Assembly: GCA_964652605.1 (NCBI GenBank)
Contig: CAZZBH010000004.1
Location: 310 to 64,309, forward strand
DNA length: 64,000 nt
Source of the DNA: an uncultured Planctomycetaceae bacterium
GTDB taxonomy: Bacteria > Planctomycetota > UBA8742 > UBA2392
Direction: 5' to 3'
The position numbers were made by a program, and so were the translations under genes. The notes under the pieces were generated by a model, which ran no database searches, was not told the DNA's origin, and saw only the letters and a list, made by a program, of their open reading frames with translations. Of the stretch, positions 19,801 to 28,502 are shown one piece after another (positions within the stretch are counted from its first letter, which is position 1; each line of letters starts with the position of its first letter).

Positions 19801-19884
19801 AAGGCGATCGACCCGAATCATCCCCGGATCAAGGTCATAGAAAGCGAACTCGAGGGGCCGGAGGAGAAGGAAGAAGAGTTCTAA
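16858..19884 (+). CDS. Secreted TPR-repeat protein with embedded HExxH (peptidase MA-like) domain
   Basis: ATG 16858 gives the signal peptide MRRLLSILLLVMSPLAAAEA. TPR-like repeats flank both sides of a zinc-protease motif LRHEMDHVFQL ... AEGLSVYEE. Confidence 0.85.
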   Translation: MRRLLSILLLVMSPLAAAEAYLAAPQALQAETEDRAEGAQARLVDAEVALDTGRYAAARLDFRAVLKDEPANQAAARGLAEVYVQTGDYRFAQRALEQCFEAAGDDAQTRTRIALARVMQTRGDYDGVLAIAQQLLEDATAEANADQPRADVLLGALDGVLLKGNVQRLRGMYSDAEETYRGVDPLVKAYRGTLLRIDRTKGRQPDLADAWVSAGVCYYWLNDLHLANDCWGNAVTVADDYHLRGNSWMARLFNEQQNTESSSRVNYSERTLRHNPNVADLRLRVAESHFSRWRSGLGWKELNEALKLNPNHPEALAYRAVQCLYTDQYENARKDYEAALKVNPHHEESLAAKALHGAMLGLEDVRTDATKQMLAVNPNPARFYEIIADGMSDRFRYVEALPLYDKAVEANPKLWTAHRGKGMALMNMGDDVNGRKLLKTAFDNDPLRNNMRTINLLTLLESYKHFERYESPDGRWRLLLHKSEARVLRDLYIQHLDAAWESMVRKYDFKPRTPITVEAFHVHADFEVRTLGITGLPALGACFGQLITLDSPSARPPGTYNWASTLRHEMDHVFQLQISNGQVPRWLAEGLSVYEEKSTRPEWERHMEDQLFMHYHMDDIPPVSRFNEWFRDGSKVLFAYYLGNVMLEFIDKKLGGMGAVREMLELFGQKKTPGEVFKAALEMEPEEFDRRFREYVRDERIAHLRMVPRISDSRVQDLYFRYEDGEATESDMVELALGYAQRGSNLDANTFLGLAGRRGAAERKDPIGARFHYVKAMLTRSDENIPAGQRQARARVHLQEALARGLEDFTTYLQMAQFAGAEQNQAMVLHWLQLARDAFPESSRPYTALYQLHQQAGNHDQAVKAAESWMAVDENNLQVRMWLIEQVYSTGANWDKMETMAEQAINVAPLDPKLHQYRGYALRRLKRYDEAVTHYEYVRRMATGDTLEERKAAEIAAILDIAATWLHADDKEKCRKALAEAKAIDPNHPRIKVIESELEGPEEKEEEF

Positions 19885-19934
19885 CCCGAATTCGAGCAGC
19901 TTCCGTCGGATTGTCGCTCAGCTCAAGCGGCTTT

Positions 19935-20027
19935 ACGCGAAGGCGCGAAGGCTACGCGAAGGACGCGAAGAAGGCTTTGCTCTTGGCCTTACTTCTCGCT
20001 CTTCGCGTAGCCTCCGCGTCTTCGCGT
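19935..20027. repeat. Long imperfect palindrome of CGCGAAG-type 8-nt subrepeats between convergent genes
   Basis: ACGCGAAGGCGCGAAGGCTACGCGAAGGACGCGAAGAAGGC faces GCCTTACTTCTCGCTCTTCGCGTAGCCTCCGCGTCTTCGCGT. It may act as a bidirectional terminator. Confidence 0.7.
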
Positions 20028-20056
20028 CATGTAGTGCACAGGACGGCGAGTTTGTC

Positions 20057-21424
20057 TCAGCCGGTTTGCGGGTCCGGCTGACCCAGCTCGATCAGCCGCG
20101 TCCGGCACTTCTCCGCAACCTCACCCTGTCCATCAAAGGCATCATATGTTCTGCGGTAGTACGTGGCCGCGTCCTGCGTGCGATTGGCACCGTCATAGGC
20201 CTGGGCCAGGTAGTACATCCCCGTCGGAGAACTCGGGATCAAGCGCAATGCCGCCTCAAGCCGCGAAACGGCAACCGCGTTGTCGTTGCGCTTCAGGGCC
20301 ACGGCGCCGCCCATGAAGTTGGGCCAGAATGCAGCGCGGTCAAGCGACAGCGCCTTGCGCGATGCCTGCTCCGCTTCGTCGTAGCGTTCAAGGTAATACA
20401 ACGCCTGCGCAACGTTGACGTGCAGGATCGCGTGGTTGTCGCGCATGCCCGCGGCTTGGCGGTGCAGGCGCAATGCCTCGTCGTACTTCGCGCGCGCAGC
20501 GGCGGCGTCGCCTTTGCCCGCCGCCTCAAAGCCCTGAGCCATCAGCGCGTCGGCTTTGTCCGCCAGGTCGTAGGCCGGCTGTGCGGCACGCATCGAAACC
20601 ATAGCGTTGGTGAACTGCCCCTCGTTGCGAACGTACCTGGAAAGGTCGTTGTACTCCTTGTTCATCTGCTGCGTGAGGTTCGCGACGCGGTTGGCAGGGT
20701 GCGGATGCGTTGAAAGAAACTCCGGCGGGCCGCCACCGTGCGCAGCCGTGACTTCGTCGAGCATGCGCATCACATTGATGATGCCGTCAGGGTGATAGCC
20801 GGCGCGCGCGGCAAAGCGCATGCCGAAGGCGTCGCTTTCAGACTCGTGATCGCGCGAGTAACTCAGTGCCATGAACTGGTAGCCCAGCAGGCCGATCACG
20901 GCAATGCCCTCAAGCTTTTCGCTTGAGCCCGCGATGATCAACAGCGGGATCAGCGCTGCCATCTGCTGCGACATGCGCTCAGTGCCGTGGCGCGCGAACA
21001 CGTGCGCGACCTCGTGGCCCAGCAAGCCGGCAAGCTCTGACTCGCTTTTCATCTTGTTGAGGATGCCGCGGGTGATGAACACGTGACCGCCGGGCAACGC
21101 AAACGCGTTGATCATGCTGGTGTTCACCAGGTAGAACTTGAAGTCCCAATCCGGGAAGTTCGCCTCGCCGCGCAGACGCGTGCGGCCGGCCTCTGTGACC
21201 TTCTGCCCCACCGCGTTGACGTACGCCTGCGCCGCCGGGTCAGGGTACAAGCCGCCAAGTTCGGCCAGGATGGGCTGAACGGCGGCGTCGCCCATCGCCT
21301 TTTCGTCTTCGTACGTGTACAGGTTCAGCGACCGCTTGCCAGTAAGAGGGTCAATCTGGCACGCGCTGACGAGCGGGATCAGCGCAAGCAGCAGCGCCGG
21401 AATCCAGGTGGTGAGTCGAGTCAT
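20057..21424 (-). CDS. M48 family metallopeptidase lipoprotein with C-terminal TPR repeats (BepA-like)
   Basis: Lipobox LVSAC after MTRLTTWIPALLLALIP, the zinc motif HEVAHVFARHG, and TPR repeats in the C-terminal 180 aa. Confidence 0.85.
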   Translation of the reverse strand: MTRLTTWIPALLLALIPLVSACQIDPLTGKRSLNLYTYEDEKAMGDAAVQPILAELGGLYPDPAAQAYVNAVGQKVTEAGRTRLRGEANFPDWDFKFYLVNTSMINAFALPGGHVFITRGILNKMKSESELAGLLGHEVAHVFARHGTERMSQQMAALIPLLIIAGSSEKLEGIAVIGLLGYQFMALSYSRDHESESDAFGMRFAARAGYHPDGIINVMRMLDEVTAAHGGGPPEFLSTHPHPANRVANLTQQMNKEYNDLSRYVRNEGQFTNAMVSMRAAQPAYDLADKADALMAQGFEAAGKGDAAAARAKYDEALRLHRQAAGMRDNHAILHVNVAQALYYLERYDEAEQASRKALSLDRAAFWPNFMGGAVALKRNDNAVAVSRLEAALRLIPSSPTGMYYLAQAYDGANRTQDAATYYRRTYDAFDGQGEVAEKCRTRLIELGQPDPQTG

Positions 21425-21515
21425 GAAGGCCTCCTTCGCGAGTAGTTTTAGCGTCGCGATTGACGTTGCAAAGCACAACCCTGAACCATGCATGGTTTCG
21501 TCCAACCGGCGCGAT

Positions 21516-21959
21516 TCACGACCGCAGGCAGCACTTCTTATACTTGCGGCCGCTTCCGCAGGGGCAGGGGTCGTTGGGGCCTACCTTGATGGTGGCTTTA
21601 CGCACCTGCTTTTTCAGCAGGTGCGCTGTGGCTGTGACGCGCGCATACGCGCCCAGGGCCTCGCCTCCGCCAAGCCTTCCCGCGCGCTGGCAGTAGCCCA
21701 GAAAGGCCTCCAGCAAAGCTGGCACCGCGTTGCGCTCCTGCGGGTCCAGCGCAAGCGGGGCCACCCCGATGCCTACACCGTCGCGCACGCTGGATTCGCC
21801 GATTTCATCCGGCGGGACGTGGCTGCCACATGCGCCGTCCAGAAAGGCCACGAGCACGGCACCGGCGCGGTCACCGAACTGGCGAGTTGCCAGCTCGCCA
21901 TCCGTGCTGGTCAGAAACTCGCCTACCCAGTGTTCAATTGTTGCCGTGTATGCAGCCAT
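21516..21959 (-). CDS. SEC-C motif-containing protein
   Basis: The C-terminus [21 protein letters not shown] is the SEC-C metal-binding motif. Confidence 0.75.
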   Translation of the reverse strand: MAAYTATIEHWVGEFLTSTDGELATRQFGDRAGAVLVAFLDGACGSHVPPDEIGESSVRDGVGIGVAPLALDPQERNAVPALLEAFLGYCQRAGRLGGGEALGAYARVTATAHLLKKQVRKATIKVGPNDPCPCGSGRKYKKCCLRS

Positions 21960-22168
21960 GACGTGAGCTTAGCAAAAGGGGCAAAGTCCCGCCTGACTGC
22001 GCAAAGGTGGCAACTGCGCGCACGCCTGCCACGAAAACCGCCGGAATCAGCTTCGCAAGTCAGGATATTCCTGTGGTGAAAATACAATACGCCATGATAG
22101 AGTCTGCCCGGTTTTCGGACCACTTCGGGCCTGACTGGCCTAAGGCGTCTGCAACGTGAGGTGCCGTC

Positions 22169-23740
22169 ATGCCACCCGGCGCTAACGGTTCCATCCCCGG
22201 CGTCCCGGAGTCTGACCTCTTCCGCATCATCGTGGAAGCCGCGCCAAACGCCATGGTGATGATCAACTCCGACGGCCGCGTTGTCCTTGTCAACGGGCAG
22301 ACTGAGCGCATGTTCGGATGGCCCCGCGCCGAGCTGATCGGCCAGCCGGTCGAGGTGCTGCTCAACCAGTCGCTGCGCCAGCGCCACGTCGAGTACCGCG
22401 ACGCCTACATGCACAGGCCCGAGGTGCGCGCGATGGGTGCCGGCCGCGAGCTGCTTGGCATGCGAAAAGACGGCACCGAGTTTCCTGTCGAGATTGGCTT
22501 GAACCCGATTCCCACAGACCAGGGCCTGTACGTGCTGGCGGCTGTGGTGGATATCAGCGAGCGCCGACGCTCGGAAAAGGTGCGAGAAGAACTTGAGTCG
22601 CGGGTGCGGCACTCGCAGAAGCTGGAAAGCCTGGGTGTGCTGGCCGGCGGCATCGCGCATGACTTCAACAACCTGCTGTCGGCGATTCTGGGCAATACCG
22701 AAATCGCAATCGGCAAGCTGGATGACTCGTCGCCGGCGCTGCCGTACCTGCGCCGCATGCTGTCGGCAACCCGCCGTGCCGCCGAGCTTACCCGGCAGAT
22801 GCTCGCATATTCGGGGCGCGGGCGATTTGAGCTCAAGCGCATCAACGCATCCAATGCCGTGCACGAGATGGGTGAGCTGCTGCGGGTGTCGCTGTCGAAG
22901 AAGGCACGGGTCAAGTTCGACTTTCAGCGCGACCTGCCGGACATTGAGGTGGACCCGGCACAGTTCAACCAGGTCGTGCTCAACATGATCACTAACGCCA
23001 ATGAGGCGCTTGGCGAAGGCGATGGGCAGATCACCATCCGCACGGGAGTCATGCAAGCCGACGCCGACTTCCTGTCCACGTGCGTTGGTGTGGAGGACCT
23101 TGCCCCGGGCCGGTTCGTGTTCATCGAAGTCGGCGACACTGGCTGCGGCATGGATGAAGCCACCCGCACGCGAATCTTTGACCCGTTCTACACAACGAAG
23201 TTCACCGGGCGTGGACTGGGCCTTTCGGCGGTGATCGGCATCGTGCGCGGACATCGCGGCGCCATCAGTGTCGAGTCAGAAGTCGGCAAGGGCACCCGTA
23301 TGCGCGTTCTGCTGCCTGCACTGGCAGAAGCCGACATGCCCGAAGAAGAAACCGATCGAAAAAGCTGGAGCGGCAGCGGGCTGGTGCTGGTCGCCGACGA
23401 CGAAGACCTGGTGCGCGGCGTGGCTTGCGCGCAGCTTGAGTCGATGGGCTTTCTGACCGTAGAGGCCGAGAATGGCGCACAAGCCGTAGAGGCCGCCGAA
23501 AAACACAAGGGCAAGCTGGCACTGGCGATGCTTGACCTGACGATGCCGGAACTCGACGGCGACGAGGCCGCCCGGCGCATCCTGGCACAGACGCCCGAGC
23601 TGCCGATCGTGCTCGCCAGCGGCTACAGCGCGCAGGACCTCTCCAAACGACTGCGCGATCAACCCAACGTAGTGATGCTCGCCAAGCCCTACAGCATGGC
23701 CGAGCTGCAAGCCGCCCTGCGCCGCGCGTTGCGTGAGTAG
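22169..23740 (+). CDS. Hybrid sensor histidine kinase / response regulator (PAS-HisKA-HATPase-REC)
   Basis: PAS (IIVEAAPNAMVMINSDGRVVLVN), H-box GIAHDFNNLLSAI, N-box NMITNANEAL, G-boxes DTGCGMD / GRGLGLS, and a receiver domain VLVADDEDLV...AMLDLTMPELDG. Confidence 0.9.
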   Translation: MPPGANGSIPGVPESDLFRIIVEAAPNAMVMINSDGRVVLVNGQTERMFGWPRAELIGQPVEVLLNQSLRQRHVEYRDAYMHRPEVRAMGAGRELLGMRKDGTEFPVEIGLNPIPTDQGLYVLAAVVDISERRRSEKVREELESRVRHSQKLESLGVLAGGIAHDFNNLLSAILGNTEIAIGKLDDSSPALPYLRRMLSATRRAAELTRQMLAYSGRGRFELKRINASNAVHEMGELLRVSLSKKARVKFDFQRDLPDIEVDPAQFNQVVLNMITNANEALGEGDGQITIRTGVMQADADFLSTCVGVEDLAPGRFVFIEVGDTGCGMDEATRTRIFDPFYTTKFTGRGLGLSAVIGIVRGHRGAISVESEVGKGTRMRVLLPALAEADMPEEETDRKSWSGSGLVLVADDEDLVRGVACAQLESMGFLTVEAENGAQAVEAAEKHKGKLALAMLDLTMPELDGDEAARRILAQTPELPIVLASGYSAQDLSKRLRDQPNVVMLAKPYSMAELQAALRRALRE

Positions 23741-23760
23741 GCCGGCCGACGCGGGATTCA

Positions 23761-23883
23761 CCACAGAGTCACGGAGTCACGGAGAACTGCAACGGCAGAT
23801 TCAATCCGGTTCGTGGCTGACGCAGCTCTGTCTCTGCACATGGGCGAACCTGACTGCACTTGCGTCTCTCCGTGATTCTGTGG
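23761..23883. repeat. ~123-bp intergenic element with terminal inverted repeats CCACAGARTCACGGAGA
   Basis: 23761 CCACAGAGTCACGGAGTCACGGAGAA ... TCTCCGTGATTCTGTGG 23883. A CTTCGCG-type subrepeat tract follows at 23931..23965. Confidence 0.6.
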
Positions 23884-24018
23884 TGCAAACTGGATTTGCC
23901 AGCAGCGCCACAGATGCCGTTCTTCGCGTCTTCGCCACCTTCGCGCCTTCGCGTTAAGGCATTTCCGGAGTGGACAAACAAGCCGCCCACCGGAACAATC
24001 CATCCAGAAAGGCAGCCC

Positions 24019-25467
24019 ATGAAATCCGAATGCGCTGAAGCCATTGATGCCGCGACATCCCTTGGCGCCTCCTACGCCGACGTGCGCATCATTGAGTACG
24101 CGCGCGAATCCATCTACCTGCGCAACGGACAGCCGAGCAACCTGATGAACCATCGCAGTCTCGGCGCGGGCATCCGCGTGATCGCCGGCGGCGCGTGGGG
24201 GTTCGCCAGCACCAACCAGGTCACGCCCGCCAGCCTAAAGGAGACTGCCCAGCGAGCAGTCGCCATCGCGCGCGCGTCGGCACAGGTGAAAAAGCAGGAC
24301 GTGCGCCTGGCACCCAAACAGCCGGTCGAAGACATCTGGTGCACGCCCTTCACCATCGACCCGTTCAGGGTGCCGCTGGAAGAAAAGCTCGGCTTGCTCT
24401 CGCGCATCGACGAGGTGCTGCGCCGCAAACCGGAAATCAAGGTCGCCAGCAGCGGCATGCAGTTCGCCCGCGAAAAACAGTGGTACATGGACAATGAAGG
24501 CAGCTTTATCGTCCAGGACCTGGTGCGGTCGGGGGCTGGCTACTCCGCGACAGCCGTCGGCAACGGCGAGGTACAGATCCGCAGCTATCCGCAATCCTGG
24601 GGCGGCAACCACAAGTGCATGGGGTACGAGATCGTCCACTCGTACGATTTGCTCGGCAATGCCGAGCGCATCCGCGACGAGGCAGTCGCCCTGCTCACCG
24701 CGCCCGAGTGCCCCAGCGGCCGCATGGACTTAATACTCGACGGGCCGCAGCTTGCCTTGCAGATCCACGAAAGCGTCGGCCACGCGAACGAGCTCGACCG
24801 CGTGCTGGGTTTCGAAGCCAACTACGCCGGCCGCAGCTTCATGCTGCCGGGGCTGCACAACAAGGGGTTCAAGTACGGCAGCGAGATCGTGAACCTGGTT
24901 GCGGACTGCACGGTGCCGGGCGGGTTGAGCACGTTCGGGTACGACGACGACGGCGTGCGCGCCCAGCGCTTTCACGTGGTGCAGAACGGCATGCACACCA
25001 ACTGGTTCACTACCCGCGAGACCGCGCCCATGGTGGATCAGCCGGCCAGCAACGCCTGCAACCGCGCGGACGGGTTTTCAAATATCCCGATCACGCGCAT
25101 CCCCAACCTCTCGCTGATGCCGGGCGAGTGGACGCTGGAAGATTTGATAGCGGACACCAAAGACGGCATCCTGATGGAGGTCAACAAAAGCTGGAGTATC
25201 GACCAGATGCGGCTGAACTTCCAGTTCGGGTGCGAGATCGGGCGTGTGATCAAGAACGGCAAGATCACGGGCATAGTGCGCAACCCCAACTACCAGGGCA
25301 ACACCCCCGAGTTCTGGGGAAGCACCGACGCCATCTGCAACCAGGACCACTGGGACCTGTGGGGAGTAATCAACTGCGGAAAAGGCCAACCCGGCCAAAC
25401 CGCAGAAATGAGCCACGGCGGCGCACCAACGAGGTTCCGGGGTGTTGAAGTCGGGATACGGGGCTAG
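24019..25467 (+). CDS. tldD: TldD-family metalloprotease
   Basis: Starts MKSECAEAIDAATSLGASYADVRI and carries the TldD HExxxH motif (HESVGHANELD). The C-terminal GGAPTRFRGVEVG is typical of TldD/PmbA. Confidence 0.9.
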   Translation: MKSECAEAIDAATSLGASYADVRIIEYARESIYLRNGQPSNLMNHRSLGAGIRVIAGGAWGFASTNQVTPASLKETAQRAVAIARASAQVKKQDVRLAPKQPVEDIWCTPFTIDPFRVPLEEKLGLLSRIDEVLRRKPEIKVASSGMQFAREKQWYMDNEGSFIVQDLVRSGAGYSATAVGNGEVQIRSYPQSWGGNHKCMGYEIVHSYDLLGNAERIRDEAVALLTAPECPSGRMDLILDGPQLALQIHESVGHANELDRVLGFEANYAGRSFMLPGLHNKGFKYGSEIVNLVADCTVPGGLSTFGYDDDGVRAQRFHVVQNGMHTNWFTTRETAPMVDQPASNACNRADGFSNIPITRIPNLSLMPGEWTLEDLIADTKDGILMEVNKSWSIDQMRLNFQFGCEIGRVIKNGKITGIVRNPNYQGNTPEFWGSTDAICNQDHWDLWGVINCGKGQPGQTAEMSHGGAPTRFRGVEVGIRG

Positions 25468-25476
25468 CAACTATTC

Positions 25477-26262
25477 ATGGGACGCGGCTACTACGAACTG
25501 ATTGAAGCACCAAGCGACGAACTTGGCGGGAAGTCCGGCCCCAAGGCCATCTTTACGGCGCGGTTCATCGGGAAGTGGGACGAGCCTCAGCGACCGTACA
25601 CCGTCGCCAATGAGACAATCGCCGCGGCGATTGGAACCGCGTTGGGGTTGCCCATAGCACCCGGGATTACGGACGAGATTGGTGGGAAGCCTTATTTCCT
25701 CAGCCAAGAGTTGCACAAGCCTGGCGACAAGCAAGTTGGGCCGGAGGGCGGAGCTCCTGCAGTGGAGAAGCTTCTAAGCAACAACCAGCTTCTGGTACAT
25801 GGAGCGATCATCTTTGATCTCTACATCGCCAACAATGACCGCGGCTTCCTGCCTGACCGCCGCAACATCGCGGTAGATGCCGATGGTCGACTGTTTCTCT
25901 ACGATCACGGCAACTGCTGCTTCTACAGGAATCGCGATTCGGAAGGAATTGTCGCTGGTGTCAGTAGGTTGGAGGCAGTTGAGGCGTCTCTGGATGCCAT
26001 GTTTGACATGGGCAGCAAACCCAACATGTACTGGGAGCTACTGACCGATATCAAGATGGCAGACTTCTGGTTGAACCGGCTGGAGATGATACCCGATTTC
26101 ATGTTGGACGCGTTTGTGAGCATGATCCCATCTGCAGTGGACCCGCCCAATGAACACGAGCGCAAAGCTCTGGCGGAGTTTCTTAAGAAGAGGCGGCACT
26201 ATCTGCGAGAGCACATCTTGGCCGACAAGAAGCACTTCCCCATGCTGGGAGGACGAGAATGA
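25477..26262 (+). CDS. Atypical kinase-like protein (HipA / PI3K-PI4K-like catalytic motifs)
   Basis: FDLYIANNDRGFLPDRRNIAVD (catalytic-loop-like D...N) and LFLYDHGNC (DxG-like metal site). GC is ~50-55% against a ~65% background. The gene starts 9 nt after the tldD stop. Confidence 0.7.
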   Translation: MGRGYYELIEAPSDELGGKSGPKAIFTARFIGKWDEPQRPYTVANETIAAAIGTALGLPIAPGITDEIGGKPYFLSQELHKPGDKQVGPEGGAPAVEKLLSNNQLLVHGAIIFDLYIANNDRGFLPDRRNIAVDADGRLFLYDHGNCCFYRNRDSEGIVAGVSRLEAVEASLDAMFDMGSKPNMYWELLTDIKMADFWLNRLEMIPDFMLDAFVSMIPSAVDPPNEHERKALAEFLKKRRHYLREHILADKKHFPMLGGRE

Positions 26263-27113
26263 CCCAACGAGACTTCACATATGCGTTGCTTCGATATGTG
26301 CCAGATCCAGAACGTATGGAACCTCTGAACTTTGGTGTCGTTGTCCAAGGCACACAAGGTATGAGGCTCAAGCTGAACACGTACTTTGGTCAGCTGGGCA
26401 TGGTTGACGCGAAGGTGTATCGGAAGTGGCGCGAGTTTCTGGAAGAAGAAGTAGAAGGTGAACAGAAATCGATCTTCAGGCCGTCCCGCGACTCGGCGGA
26501 CTTCTGGAAATATCTCCGGTCACTAACCGGCGACACTGTCATAATGACTTCGCCACTCAAGATGGCTACATCGGACGAAGTCGAACTGGAGCAGGTCGTA
26601 GTGCGGTTATACGACAGGCTGGTGAACCGCAAATCCTCAGACAAAGACACTTCGCGGGGGCGTCCAGGCAATCCCACATTCGAGTTCAGGCGTATTCGCG
26701 ATGACAGAAAATTGGACAAGCGTGGTTTGCTGAGAGGGCATGGGGTGCGGAGTAGCGGCGGCGAAATTCTTTGGACACCGTACCGTGCATTCGAGAACGG
26801 ACACCGTGTAGCTATCAATAAGGTTGAGGTCAATCGAGACCCGGAGTTAACCAATGCAGAGATTGGGACTGCGAAGTATGTGGCTAGCATTGGAGAGCAA
26901 ATTCGCAAGCTCGGCGTACGCTGGGTCATAATGTTCGATCCACTCGACGAACCCCTTCCCGGGCAGGATGCAGAGGCGTTTCGGGACATGAAGGATGCGC
27001 TGGAGTCTTCGCGAAGTCATGCGTTGGCAGCAAAAGCCAACGTTCTATCCAGTGCAGCCGAGGTACAGGACTTTGTGGTGGACATTGAAGGCAGCCTCCA
27101 ACCGATGGCATGA
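26259..27113 (+). CDS. DUF3037-like protein (N-terminal) with uncharacterised C-terminal extension
   Basis: ATGA overlap with the upstream kinase gene. The N-terminus FTYALLRYVPDPERMEPLNFGVVVQG matches my recollection of the DUF3037 signature. GC is low. Confidence 0.7.
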   Translation: MTQRDFTYALLRYVPDPERMEPLNFGVVVQGTQGMRLKLNTYFGQLGMVDAKVYRKWREFLEEEVEGEQKSIFRPSRDSADFWKYLRSLTGDTVIMTSPLKMATSDEVELEQVVVRLYDRLVNRKSSDKDTSRGRPGNPTFEFRRIRDDRKLDKRGLLRGHGVRSSGGEILWTPYRAFENGHRVAINKVEVNRDPELTNAEIGTAKYVASIGEQIRKLGVRWVIMFDPLDEPLPGQDAEAFRDMKDALESSRSHALAAKANVLSSAAEVQDFVVDIEGSLQPMA

Positions 27114-27179
27114 GGTCCAATGCCCAGGGCGCTCGCTTACGCTTCGCGTTCGGACTTGTGGATTGCTATCCTTGGCTTC

Positions 27180-28352
27180 ATGAAAACTCTTGCGCTGGTA
27201 CTTCTGGTGGCTTTTGGGTCTGGGCTTTGGGCTGGCGAGACGCTTCCGGCTGGGCCGCCTTGGGAGCGTGATTTCATGAAGGCGCATGCCTCGGCGCTTG
27301 AGGCTGGCAAGCCGATCTTCCTTTACTTCACCAAGACCTACTGACCGCACTGTGTTCCCGTGGAACGGGAACTCCTGCCCAACGCCGAGCTGAAGCCGGT
27401 GTATGAGGACATTGTCTGGGTGTTCGTCTACAACGACTTCAAAGGCGGCGAGGCGGACCTGGCGGCGGACCGCGTCCGCAAGCGCTTCAACGTGTCCACC
27501 TGGCCGCAACTGCTGATCGCGGACCCCAACACGCTCGAAGTCATCGGCGACACCGGGCGCAGCGTGAAGACCTTCCTGCCCGCGGTCAGCAAAGCCAAGG
27601 CCGCAGTCAGCAAGCTCGACAAGAAGGCGCAGAAAGAAGTGCGCGAGAAGCTCGAAGAGGCTGAGGCGTTCGCCGCACGGCTCCAAACCAAGCCCAACAA
27701 GCGCGACCTGCAGAAAGCGTTGGAGCACGAGGATGTAGTGGTGCTTGCCGTCGCGGTCGAGTACGCGGTCAAGGAGGACCCGGCGCTGCTGTACGAGTCG
27801 GCACTCAAGCTGCTCGACAACACCTCAGACCAGATTCGCACCGCCGTCTGCGAAGCGATTGCCAAAGCAGGCGACAAGGCGAAGCTGGATGACGACCTGC
27901 GCGTGCGGCTTGAAGGGCTGGTGCGCGAGCCGAAGGATAGCCGCAACCCCAACGTGCTGCGCATCCGCGCGGTCGGCGCGCTGGCCCGCTGCGGCAACGC
28001 GGATTCGCTGGACGTGCTGAAGCCGTTTGCCACCGCGAAAGACGTTTACAACGGGCTGACCTCGACGGCAGTGAACGCGGTCGGCACGATCGGCCTGCGC
28101 GAGAAGGCGGGACGGAATGACGCCATCGCGATCCTGGTGGACAGCTTTCCTGCGATTGCGGCGGATGACCCCAAGCGCGCCGAGTCTTTCGCCCGCGTGG
28201 CGCCGCAGCTTGCGCGCACGGTGCACAAGCACCTCGAAGCGCTGACCCGCGCCAAGGTGGCGTTCCCTGCCAAGTACGACGAAGACGGCCGCAACAAGAT
28301 GATCGAGGCCTTCAGCAAGTACGTGAAAGATTCGACGACGGCAGGCGACTGA
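27180..28352 (+). CDS. Secreted thioredoxin-fold (Thioredoxin_7-like) + HEAT-repeat protein; predicted selenoprotein with Sec (UGA) at 27342..27344
   Basis: ORFs 27120..27344 and 27360..28352 share one frame. The junction reads FLYFTKTY-U-PHC-VPVEREL at the WCxxC position, with a hairpin at 27354..27372. Signal peptide MKTLALVLLVAFGSGLWAGE from ATG 27180; HEAT-like repeats lie C-terminal. Confidence 0.8.
27354..27372 (+). promoter_or_regulatory. Candidate bacterial SECIS hairpin
   Basis: GUUCCCG-UGGAA-CGGGAAC is a perfect 7-bp stem with a 5-nt G-containing loop, starting 9 nt after UGA 27342..27344. Confidence 0.65.
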
Positions 28353-28502
28353 TCGCCGGTTGCTGGCTGGCGCACGGCGCAATGCAATACGTGTGCGACC
28401 GCCTTACCGGCAGCGTGTTCGCACCCCAATGCGCACGAGGCTCAGCGAGAACGCCTGGGAATCGATGCACCGGTTTGAGTCGGGCGACCGCTCAAGCGGA
28501 GT

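Noticed and set aside
27120-27344. A stand-alone 74-aa ORF and a separate 330-aa ORF starting at GTG 27360.
   Set aside because: They share one frame and the split falls in the middle of a thioredoxin fold, exactly at the CxxC cysteine, with a SECIS-like hairpin. I merged them as one Sec-containing CDS starting at ATG 27180.
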